NCBI GenBank assembly: GCA_036172245.1
Contig: JAYWIR010000086.1
Location: 1 to 64,000, forward strand
Direction of reading: 5' to 3'
DNA length: 64,000 nucleotides
DNA from: Raillietiella orientalis
Taxonomy: Eukaryota
Both the position numbers and the translations under genes were made by a program. The first letter of the stretch is position 1. The number at the start of each line of letters is the position of its first letter. Shown in pieces: positions 1 through 11,062 of the stretch. A model generated the notes under the pieces. The model worked only from the letters and a program-made list of their open reading frames with translations, ran no database searches and was not told where the DNA came from.

Positions 1-820
1 GGACATTTGCGTGCTTTCTATCGCATTGCACTGTAGAAGAACCGTCGACGAGCTTTTCTTCCGAGTGAACGATTAGCGTATGGCCGCAGCATTCATAACC
101 GTGCAGCCAAAGACGCGGAATCGCAGTGGCTGTGCTGGCCGCCAGAATACACAGCCGATTCTCCTCATGGCCATTTCCAGTTTCGGGACAGCTGGACGCT
201 TGTCACCTCGTGCAACTACAAGCAAAACATTTCTCCGGTATCGCAGCAGTCATGCACAACCACGAGATTCCCATGTTCTTCCCATGCTTTCCCAATGCTC
301 ATTTATGGCATTTCCCCTTCCTTACGAGGCATCGAATCGCGCGATGCACAATGTCCCGCTGCAGTGGATGAAGCAAACAGCTCGTTTTCCTTCATCTGCG
401 CTTATCTGTTTGCACAGAAACGTCCTTGCCACATTTGGGTGAAAATACCTTGTAGCCAAGTGCACCTTACAATACATACTTCTCCTCTGTCCGCATGTCC
501 ATCCACGTCCAGTAGTGCTGCTGCAACGACGCTGCTTTATGCACGTGGAGAAGGCAGAGAATGTGCACAACCTCACCGGTCCTCAACCGACTTCCTCCTC
601 GTCAAACTTGAAGCCTTGAGAGCTAGAGCTTCCCCTCGAGAAGCTCCCTGCTTACTTCCACACATGCCCTGTCGTGGACGGCTGTTCCACACCAACTAAC
701 CCCTAGCCACCATCACATCAAGTGCCAAACCACACGAGCCACCACAAAAAGAAATCGTACAGCCTGCCCCCTCGATTGCAGCACGCAACCGTGCCACGCA
801 CGTGTGCTCAATCGCATGCA
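1..820 (-). CDS. Partial multi-exon gene running off the left edge; possibly a beta-propeller/WD40-like protein (weak MED16-like resemblance)
   Basis: Short GT-AG introns join in-frame segments LVWKQPSTTGHVWN|LTRRKSVEDR|VVAAALLDVDGHADRGE|ISADEGKRAVCFIHCSGTLCIARFDAS|CPETGNGHEENRLCILAASTATAIPRLWLHGYECCG..., open to position 1. The family assignment is only an impression. Confidence 0.35.
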
Positions 821-1328
821 TGGCCTACCGATGAAACCAACGAAAAAACACACGATGAGTGTACGAATCACGCGCAAATACATTTCCACCAAACGGAAGA
901 ATTGCCTCCACGAGTACTTTCGTGTCGCTCTTCAATAAAATTCCGTTTCCATTGCAGGGTACGCCCTCACATTCGTTCTTCGGCCGATTCACTTTCACGT
1001 GTGCTCGCAAACGGGCTGCTGATCTACCCTTCAAAAGGCACTTTCCCTCGAACATACGAAACGGAAGTTTGGTAAAACACAATCCATATTTTCGTGATTC
1101 AATTCGGGCCGTCAGAAGATTTTCCACTGCTGCGGTGTTCCCAACACCTTTCCAGCAAGTTAGTCAGTCAGTCAACGAAATCAAGAAGGAAGAACGAAAT
1201 GCCTCGGTGAAATACCGCATTCAACATGACGTAAGAAATACAAAAACTGCACCCTGCTGATGAAATTCGGCAGCAATTTATTATGGGAACGATCGAAACA
1301 AAGGAAGCATCTTTATTTTCGTTTTCCT

Positions 1329-4300
1329 TTAATATTCGGCAGCAAACGGATAATACGGATGATCCACAGTCCTGCAGGATCAACTTGCAAGCATCTTTAC
1401 ACGTCACGTCATTCCCTACCATGCCAAAGAAATGTATCGCTTCTGTTTATTTAAGGCGAGAAGTCGGCTCATGTCTTCATTGTCCAGCTCAAAATCAAAA
1501 ACGTCAATGTTTTCCTCGATACGACCTTTGTTCGCAGACTTGGGGATGACCGCAATGCCACGCTCGATCTACATTGCATCCGCAACGGGCTTTCCAACCA
1601 CGTTCTTCCATTTACCTGAAATCGTATCAGGATCTGCGCGACCGTTTTCTTATGTTTCTGTGCAATGGACCGAATGCACTCATCGTCAAAAAGACTAGCA
1701 TCATCATCCGAAGACCAAGGTCGATCTCTTGATCCCAGTGGACTGTAGGCCGTCAACACAATGTTTTCAGATTCGCAATATTCATGCAATTCGCTCTGGT
1801 TCAGGTATGGATGACATTCCACCTGAAACACACGAGTTCCATCTCACACTACGACGTCCTGCAGCACACCTGATTCACCACAGGTCGAATAGTGCACACA
1901 TCCAGAATTCGCTTCATCTGCTGGCTGTTAAAATTCGACACTCCAAGAGAGCGCACCAATCCTTTGCCAACACACTCTTCCATGGCAGTCCACGTATCCA
2001 CATAATCAACGTCACCGTATAAGAGTTTGCCAGAAGCGTCTTTGGGGAACAGCTCGTCTCCTTCCTAAGGAACAAACTGGAAATCAGCTTGGTGTTCGCC
2101 ATTTCCTTAACATTCCTTGAAAGCCATGGGCCAATGCATCAGATACAGATCCACGTAATCCAACTGCAGATCTTTTAGACTTCTCTCCAGTGCAGGTAAC
2201 ACCAGAGCAGGACGATGGACAGTAGACCACAATTTGCTGGTTACAAAAATTTCATCCCTGCTCATCGTGCCATCCTGGATTTTCTCCGCAATGGCGCTTC
2301 CCACTTCCGCTTCATTTTGATAGACGAATGCACAGTCGATGTGGCGGTAGCCCACGGATAGTGCATGCTTCACTGCTTCATATACTTCTGTAGGTTTCGA
2401 CTAACACAAGGATTGCTAATCAGAAAAAAAAAATTGGCAACAAATACATGTTTCAAGTGTTTTCAATAAAACTTTTGTCCAATGACTTTACCCATCCTTC
2501 TTCAGTTTCACTTCAGACTGATCTGCGTCCATTCCAGTTTTCACCATGTTAGTAATTCGAAACGTTTCCTGATTACGATTGCAACGTAAGCACCACTAGC
2601 AGTGAAGTGTACTATTTCAGAACAACAAAGCATACACACACTCATTTCTGCCAAACAGACTGCTGTCCATTATTGGAAGACCTGAAATCTGTTACATCAA
2701 CGTGGCCAGGAGAAAGTGAACTGTTACGTTGTTTGAAATATCTACCAGTGATCAAAATTAGGTTGCAGTTCATGTACTTCCATTCTTACCCAGAACCGGT
2801 AGAAAAAAATAACAAGCGTTACCAACTCGGTTTCAGGGTCGAAATTACACACATGAACACCACTACATGTTAGGTAACACAAGGAATTCTTTTCACGCCC
2901 AAGATTCTCAAAATAAGCAAGAAGCAATTGGTACAACCTATATCTTTCTGCTTCATCCACTTCTTTTAAGAGAACGATCCTTCTCTGTTCAGAGCATTGC
3001 ATGTTAGGGTGGAAGATTCCAACAAACATGAAACGAAATACTTTTCGTTTTCATTAAGACCATCATGAGCCCTCTAACATGATGCACACCACTGTCAAAA
3101 TTGCTTCAAATCACTCAAATCAGTACAATCTTTTATGCAAGAAATTCGGATTAGCAATCAACTTAGTTTGCAGTCAAGTAACAAAGAACCAAAAAACAAA
3201 CAAATCTCGGCACAAACAGATTTTATTCATCAAAATCCTATGTGAACACTGGTATATTGAATCCACACAGTCACGACCCGAATGCATTGCAACTCTTCTT
3301 CAGAAGAGAAAAGTAAATTAGGAGCATCTTTCAAGGCCACTTCCCTCATGCTTCCACTCCCAAAAAACTTCAATGTTGCCTTGAATGTTCTTAGTTTCCA
3401 GGTTTCAAAACCTTAAACCAGTGCATTCAATTCCTGGAAATCTCATGCTAAACATATCCAAACTCTCAACATTCCAAAAACACAAAGTCCAAACATTAGT
3501 CTTCAGTCTTGCAATGTTCTTCTTGAATAAACGGCTCTTTAGAATTTCTCTTACTGCTCTACTATTAAGCTCTTCTTCCCACTTACCCTCTTCTTGAATT
3601 TCATTCTACATAACCAAACTGTTCCCAAAACACAGTTTATGAATTCAAATCATGCACATACTCATAGTCACTATTTCACAGAATTCCATGATCACCATGC
3701 CAGGGGACTTCCAAATAATGCATTTCATGCATCTCTGGGCAGAAACAAACCTACCTCCCTTGTAGCACTCACTTGCAAACAAATGCAGACATTATTGCAA
3801 AGCATTCATGCAATTCATGCACTTCTTCTTCTTATCAAAGTATCTTTTCACTTCTCCAATGAGTTGTTCCTTTCTTCCTAACATGGAGAACCATTTTCAG
3901 CAGCAATCAAGTTTTGCCAGCAGACTCAGCAAGTGTAATCAAGCAAACCAATTGCATTCTCTCTACCGTGTTAACCGAGTGGATCTCCTTTGGACACTTC
4001 ATTGATTTTCTTCAACTCAGCCATACCGCTGACCCTTCTACAGTAGCAAAAATCATTGTCTGGCATCGACGTGCAGTGAAAGCATTCTTAACCATCTTAC
4101 TTACGCAAGCCACAAATGCTGCTATTCACTTCAAAAACTTTACTTATTTCCCCTTCACTTGCCATCTTCAAGTCTTCCTTGATCCCAACCGGACACACTC
4201 CTCTTTTTCAGCACTCTGCGTTCAGTGCTCCGCATAGGCGTTTGCAAACATGCAAACCATGCCCAAGTAGCAACGAATGCAATCGAATACTCTTCCTTTT

Positions 4301-5182
4301 CCTTTTCTCCTCCCACTTATTTGCTCTGTTCATTCGGCGGTCTTTCATTTTCTGCCATCCCAATCAACGCATTCTCCGCAGTTTCCTTTTGCTTTCACAC
4401 ACTCACATGCATACAGGAATTCCTTTCAAGCAAGCAAAACAACAACTTACTCCAAACGCACGTGCAAAATCAAAATACCCACACGAATGGAGAAAATACT
4501 TTCATTCTTCTTGCCTACCCTTTACTTATTTCCTAACTGCTTGACATTCGAATTTCAGTAATCACAAGAAAGCAAAGCGCTCACCACTTCTCCGCATCCT
4601 GGCCCACATCCCCATTTGCCAAAGCTCCTCAACAGAAAAGGCTTCTTCAGCTATGGGCAGCATTTCTGTGCAAATAAATGCACGCACTCGCATTCCCACT
4701 GAGGCATGGGCCTCGAAAACTGCACCAATGCACAGCAACGTCCTTTATCCACACACCTTCCCGAACCGAGAAACATGCTTTGCACATCTTCCTCCAGGCA
4801 CCAGCCCTGCTCCCCGCCGCTTTCCTCCAGCAGCCTCCGGGGCCGTCTTTTGCCCAAGTACCACCGACCTTCCGTTGCGTGTGGGTGCCGCCCTACGCCT
4901 CGCACGACCGGTCGCAAGCCCTCCAAGGCTTCCCTCCACTTCCAACTCAATCTTCAAAGAAATCCAACAAAAATCCAACAAGCACCGCCAGCAGCACGAC
5001 TGGCAAGGAATGCTCTCTTCGGAAGGGGTCACCACAGCCCCCCTTCCCACGCACGCGCAGCCGCCAGTCGAAACGAAAAGTAAATTAGGATTGCGTCCCC
5101 GAATTACCTTCCACGTTCCCAAACCCACGACCGGGATCGTCAAGCTGTTGGAAAGAGCAAGCTTTCGGCCGGCTTGCAGCAT
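1329..5182 (-). CDS. Aldo-keto reductase (AKR1/aldose reductase-like), copy A, 6 exons
   Basis: Exon 1 5108-5182 ([25 protein letters not shown]); exon 2 2116-2400 ([32 protein letters not shown]); then [36 protein letters not shown], ending [10 protein letters not shown] (TAA 1329-1331). Catalytic D/Y/K/H are present. Intron 2 has a GA donor. Confidence 0.95.
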
Positions 5183-5741
5183 CACGTGGCCCGCGACTCC
5201 CAGACAACCAGCAAAGGCACTTTCGCGTGTCACCGTCACCCGACCACGTGCACGTACCACCAAGCAGCAGCGCAACACACGCCCCCCCCTCTGCCTGCTC
5301 GCAATTCAGCTCGCCGAATGCATTCGCTCGCCCGAGTTCGTCTCGCGGCCGTGATTTGCAGCACCTTTTTCCTGCTCTTCCCCATTTTCCGTTCATTCCT
5401 TTGCATTTACGAATGCACGAGAAACGTCCAGCAGTTGGCAGAAGAGTCATTCGCAGTGCTCGTCCGACATGGGCTCGAAACCGAAGCTCAATGCACAATT
5501 CAGGGTTTTCGTCCATTACGCAGCTTTCTCTGATTTCCGGGCACTCGATTTCGTGAAACAGCAGCTTCTCCATTTGTTCACGACCGAACTCCTTCAGCAT
5601 CCCGTATGGCAGCTACGAGACCCTTCCCGTTCACGCGTTTCCGATTTCCTGAATCCCTCCTCCTGCCAGGCAGACTGCGCCATTCTTCCTGCGCACGTGG
5701 CCAAGCAGCCCTTTCCTGATTAGGCAAGCAACTCGCCTTTG

Positions 5742-7143
5742 AAGAAACGGACGAAGGACCTGCTTAGAATTGCCCTTTGGGGAAGAGGGAGGCCCCGAGT
5801 CCCGTTGAAGGACTTGTGTGCTCCACGTCGGCATGGCGGTCCCGGCCTCTTGGCGATGGAGCGAGTAGAGATTCAGCTGCGATGGCGAACTCTCGCCATC
5901 GCAGCGAAGTTATGGAGCACCCCTTGGTGCGTTCCGGCCCGACTGCTTGCCAGCCGTGTATCCGGGACGGAGGGTCTCGCGTCTCATCTTCTGTGCCGTG
6001 GCTCGAAGATCAAGAGATGCGGACTTCTCCTGGGACGCATGGCAACTCTGGCTAAGGAAAACGGCTGGATGGTATGCAGCCCCGCCAACTCCTCCGCATG
6101 GCTGGAGGAGACAGCTGGCACGTGGGCGAAGATTAATGAAAAGAATGAAGAGATGTGGAACTGACTGCGACGCGGCGCCTATTCCCGCTGCACTCTGCGG
6201 AAGATACTCCAGTGTCCCGCGAGAAGCACGTGGGCCGAGACCACGCCCCTAGCTACGGCGTTCTCCAGCAGCCGCAAGCCTAGGTGCCAAGTGTCCTGCC
6301 GCATCGCAGGCAAGGAGAAGTTGATGAGCGGCTGGTCCATGGGGGAACTGGCGGACGCCACTACCCCTAGTGTCCAGCCGAGAGGACTTACGAGATGGGG
6401 CGAGCTGCTCGGCATCCAGCCGGATGACCTGAAGTGGCCCCCGGTATCGATTGGTTCCAGGATCCTCCCCCTGAAGTGGCAGGAGTCGGCGCTTCTGTTG
6501 TTGCATTGGGGTCTACCCTGCGACGCACGCCGCCACCACTGGACCAGGGGTCGAGTGGATCCTGCCTGCATCAGGTGTGGGGAGCGGCAAACCCTCCCCC
6601 ACCTCCTTGTTGATTGTGCTGCCCTCCGACCCCTGCGGGAACGTCTTCGTGCCTCCCTACGGATCCAGGAGGGCAGCCAGCCCAGAGACGTTTCTCGGCT
6701 TCTGTTCGTGCAGGATGCCCTGCGACCAGCCGCAGCCCTGGCAGCACTCTGCAGCGTCCGAGGAGTTGTGACGTGCTGGAGCGACGTCGGAAGACCGAGC
6801 CACGACAGGGATGCCGTCGTACTTGCAGTCCGCTACCTGCGGATTGCGACCAGATGGCCCCACCTGCGAATTATGCGGACGGACCTGGAGGGCATCCTGC
6901 AAAGGATGGACCCTCCTCCCAGTGGTCACTGATCGCTTCCCATCCCTCCGAAATTTTTTTTTTCTGTGTTTACGTTTTATTTTCCTTTTTGTTTTTTCCC
7001 CCATCCCCTAACGCTGCCGAGCAGAGTCGCACCGGTCTGCGTACCGGCAACCCGGCAGGTCCTGTTGAGTTGGCCGTAGCGGGGCCTCGTACCACGAATT
7101 ATAGAGAATTTCGAATAAACGCCCCGGCGTGACCGGGTGGCAA
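5742..7143 (+). mobile_element. 5'-truncated L1/Tx1-like non-LTR retrotransposon with 17-bp TSD
   Basis: Post-RT motif ALWGRGRPRVPLKDLCAPRRHGGPGL and zf-RVT-like CIRCGERQTLPHLLVDC with disrupted frames; T-rich 3' UTR; TSD caagcaactcgcctttg at 5725-5741 and 7144-7160. Confidence 0.9.
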
Positions 7144-9727
7144 CAAGCAACTCGCCTTTGCCATGTTCCGACGTTCCCGAAAGGGCTCAAAACCGCAGCC
7201 CACAACTCTCACCCGTTCCCGGAAGGGCTCTACTTGCAAACGAAAAGAGTACGAATGCACAAAGTGCGCAAGCGTGCAGGAGAGAGCGCTATTCAAGAAA
7301 TGACGTGTGCAACGGGCAAGCTGCACACACCTCGAATTCCAAAGAAAACAAAAAGGGCTACTGCATGCTGCAGGGATTTCGAATAGCACTTTCTTTATGG
7401 AACTTCGCTGCGAGGCTGTTTGGGCCTCGTCTTGCCGCATTCTGTATTTCACGCCTTCGTTTCATGCCTTTTCCCTCACAGCACGGCTTCCGCGTGCGTG
7501 GAAAAGTCGGCGCTAATGCCCACCAAGCAAAAGTATGCGGGAAAAACGTGTCAGCAGGCAAGATGACGTTCTTGATGAGCCTTGAAAGAAAAGCAAAAAC
7601 CTCAATTTGGAATTCGATTCCTGGATGCTGCCTGCCTCCTGAACGGGAAGGTGGAGTGCGTTTTTCTGCAGTTCTTGAATCGTGGGGGCTGCCCAAACTT
7701 ACATGAACGGTTTGCTGATTTGCTGGAGTGGCGATGAAATCTCCAAGTGCGAGTCGCACTCTTCGGGGATAGAAAGGATGGGGTTTGAAAGTATTGGGGC
7801 GGCGCGCCGGGGACGTCCATCTGCCCTTCGCTCTGCTCTTCCTGCAGACGGAACCAAGATGACGGAACGACGTGGGACACACTCGGGTGGAACTTGCCGG
7901 AAGCCTGGGAAGCATGCAGAGGACGCCCTGCAGCGGACAGCGATCCCTTCCCACATCTTTGCTTTTTTTCTCGCTTTTTCTTTTGGTTTGCCCCTCCGCT
8001 GGCGAGGCGAACCTGGCCTGCCTGCGTGCCGCTCACTGGCCAGCTTTCGGGCGTTTGGCAACGTTGTTTGTTCTTTTTTATAGTGAACGTCCGGGCGTGC
8101 CGTCCACCAGCGCGCTCGTCCAGGAGATTGGCCTGCAATGCCGCGGGGGGACAACCAGCCGATGAGGAAACTTTCCATCAGCTGTCGCCTGCTTCGTGGG
8201 TGGACTGCCAAGCCGCACGGACGGCTCGCGTTCCGAGTGGACGTTTGGTTCGCTTTCGCTGACCAACTGCAAGCCCGACAGAGATCGGAATGCCTGGACG
8301 CAGGCCATGATCGGGACGCAACTGGACTTCCGGATTGTGGGGCTTTGTGTCGAGTTATGGACGATTGCGTGCTGTGCTCCCGCGCTTTGCTCTTGCGGCG
8401 CTGCACCAGCAACGGACGATGTCCATGCGCAAGCAAAGGACAGCGTCCGTTGCTGCCGCACGCAAGCACTTTCCCCGCCGAGGGAGCTCGCCTCGCTTCC
8501 GGAAGCTCAGTCCTGCATACACTGACATCAAACAAAGTACAACGGGTGGTAGTAGGAAGCGCGAGCGATCAATGAGGAGGAGTGGTAGCTCTTCGAACTT
8601 TGTTGCCATGGTGTGCGATGTTTGAGAACCAGGACAAGTGCACTCGCCCTTTGCCGCAACGCTGCCTGCCCCAAGGGCAAGCGTTGTTAGTCGCATACCA
8701 GCAAACTCAAACGTTTCCGGCAGTCTGCTAAGATGAAACTTCAGAAACCACGGTCTCTTGTCTTCTATCGCTTCCCATATCTCTTAGAAAGTCATCAGTG
8801 GTCCCTTCTCTCTCGTTCGGAAGTTTCGATGTTTCCCACTTGCGCGTCGGCATGTTTCCAATCCAACGTCCTTTCGCCCGTGAACTTTGTTTCTTTTCTT
8901 TTCCAGAATGATCCCTTCTTCGCGACCAAATGGTAAACTGCTGACCGTTCTCCAGGCTTTCGATAACTTTCGTATGTTGGGCCAAGCACTGGTGGTTCTC
9001 CTTGAAGAGCACCAGGTCGACGGCTAGCAGGGAGGGAATGGTGTGTCGTCTCTTGCGGACGTCGCCAGGCCCGTCGACGTTTCATATAGCAACGACAAGT
9101 TGATTGTAGGTGGCGAGTGTATGGGAAGGTGCTGGGAAGGTGATCCTGCGGCTGGCGCTTCGGGTCCGGGTGGCATGCACCTTCCCAATTCGGCGGCAAC
9201 GCCCTCCGCATTGATCGGCTCGGGCGATGAAGAGTGTCAAGCGAGCATTCCTGCCCAGCCATGGTCGCCGTAGCTTTCTTTCAGTAGGGTTCCCATTCCC
9301 CGGAAGACACAATCCCCTTGGGACTGCAGAACTTCCGTCCAGAATTCCCAATTCGTGAGGACGCGGATGGGGAGCCTCCGCCCCACAGGTGGTAGTCCTA
9401 GGTCTGGTCTTTTCGCGTCCTTCAGTCCGACTACTGCACCATCCCACTACCGTGTGATCGATCTTTCTTCTCGAGTCAGAAGAAGGTCAAATGGAAAAGG
9501 TCAAGGGCGCGACCTCTCAGTATTGATGGCCATATTTCGTATGTAGCTGGCATTTTCTAGCCAACGATTTCATTTTTTATTGCAACCCGGATGCGAAGCG
9601 TCCTCTGGTGGTTGTCAGGGAACACTCGGGATTCGTTTGCTCAGTTACGATATTCAAAGGAGAAAGCAAACACAGTCTGGACTGCAGGCGCGCCTTTCGC
9701 AAAGAAGGAAGAACCAGCAAGATATTG

Positions 9728-10083
9728 ATGTGGGGTCTGGGAGCAGCGGCGGCTGCAGCCTGGACCTACCGTGAAGAGGTGTGTGGAGCCGGTGCGCGGC
9801 CGCCTTCGCCCTGGCAGTTGGTTGCGGGTGCCTTCCGACTGCATACCGCAGGGGTGCAGTCCACCTTCGGGTGTGCTCTTTCGCACCCCCCTTGGCGGTT
9901 TTTCTTGCTGCCCCTGTGCTGATGCCGTTTTATTTGCAGATCTGGAGCGCTGTCAAGCGAGCATGCGCAGCAGGGACTGCTAAGAACGAGGGCAGCAGAA
10001 AGGAAGAGGCTGCCCGCCGTGCTCTGTCGAGGGGCAGAGGACGGCTGGAGTCGGGAGCGCATGCCTCTCGACCGGTCACGTGA
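9728..10083 (+). CDS. Candidate spliced microprotein, copy 1 (about 64 aa; exons 9728-9778, 9940-10083)
   Basis: MWGLGAAAAAAWTYREE, intron gtgtgt...tttgcag, IWSAVKRACAAGTAKNEGSRKEEAARRALSRGRGRLESGAHASRPVT*. Phase-0 intron is conserved with copy 2. Confidence 0.45.
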
Positions 10084-10389
10084 GTCGGAGAAACGAGGGC
10101 GTGTTTCCAGTTACTGGCAGGGAGTGGCCACAGGTGGCGGTCGTTGCTGACTCTTTTCGCAGCGATCCGAAGTGCTCCATGAGCTACTGATTGTTCTGTA
10201 AGGGAGAAGAAGATGCCCTTCGACGCGGCACCGAAGGCACAGCTGAATTTCTTCATGAATGGTCTCCTCGGTTACACTGCAGAATTTCTTCATCGATGGT
10301 TTCCTCAGTTACGATATTCAAAGCAGAAACCAAGCACACGCCGGACAGCAAGCGCGCCTTTCGCCTATCAGCAAGAAGAAACGGGCGCA

Positions 10390-10771
10390 ATGAACGGACG
10401 GAAGATTTTGATGTGGGGTCTGGGCGCAGCGGCGGCTGCAGCCTGGATTTACCGGGAAGAGGTGAGTGGAGCCGGTGCGCGGCCGCCTTCGCCCTGGCAG
10501 TTGGTTGCGGGCGCCTTCCGACTGCCTAGCGCAGGGCAGCAGCCCACCTTCGGGTGTGCTCTTTCGCACCCCCCTTGGCGGCTTTTCTTGCTCCCCCTTC
10601 CCTGTAATGATGCCGTTTTATTTTCAGATCTGGAGCGCAGTCAAGAGAGCCTGCGCAGCACCGACTGATAAGAACGAGGGCAGCAGGAAGGAAGAGGCTG
10701 CCCGCCGTGCTCTGTCGGGGGGCAGAGGACGGCTGGAGTCGGGAGCGCATGCCTCTCGACCGGTCACGTGA
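10390..10771 (+). CDS. Candidate spliced microprotein, copy 2 (about 71 aa; exons 10390-10461, 10628-10771)
   Basis: MNGRKILMWGLGAAAAAAWIYREE, intron gtgagt...ttttcag, IWSAVKRACAAPTDKNEGSRKEEAARRALSGGRGRLESGAHASRPVT*. Strong splice sites; TCAGTT Inr-like motif at 10305. Confidence 0.5.
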
Positions 10772-10992
10772 GTCTCCGACGCCACCGCTTTTTTCACAAA
10801 GTCTGTTCTTTTCCAGGAGACGAGGCCCGGTGAGGCGATAGGCGTGCTGCTATAGCCGCTGTCTGGGGACCCCCTGGGGCACCAAGGGGGAGGTGTCCCA
10901 GGGGAAGGTGTAAATAAAAAATTTCTCTTCCGAAAAGGTTGGTTCTTGTTTTTTCCGGGCAATTGGAAGGGGCGGCCGCCATTGCACTGTGT

Positions 10993-11062
10993 TCGTTTCG
11001 AGCCCGTGCACTTGGTCACCGCATTCGTGTGTTCGGAAACGACGCGCTTGGCCGACTGCCAA
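10993..11062 (-). pseudogene. H2B: Histone H2B C-terminal fragment
   Basis: SAKRVVSEHTNAVTKCTGSK resembles the H2B end [20 protein letters not shown]. The downstream flank is homologous to that of the 14.2-kb H2B pseudogene. Confidence 0.75.

Larger units (their letters stand above)
9641..10775 (+). repeat. Tandem duplication of an approximately 450-470-bp unit (about 9641-10086 and 10305-10774)
   Basis: Both units begin tcagttacgatattcaaag, end gcctctcgaccggtcacgtgagtc, and are highly similar throughout. Confidence 0.92.
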
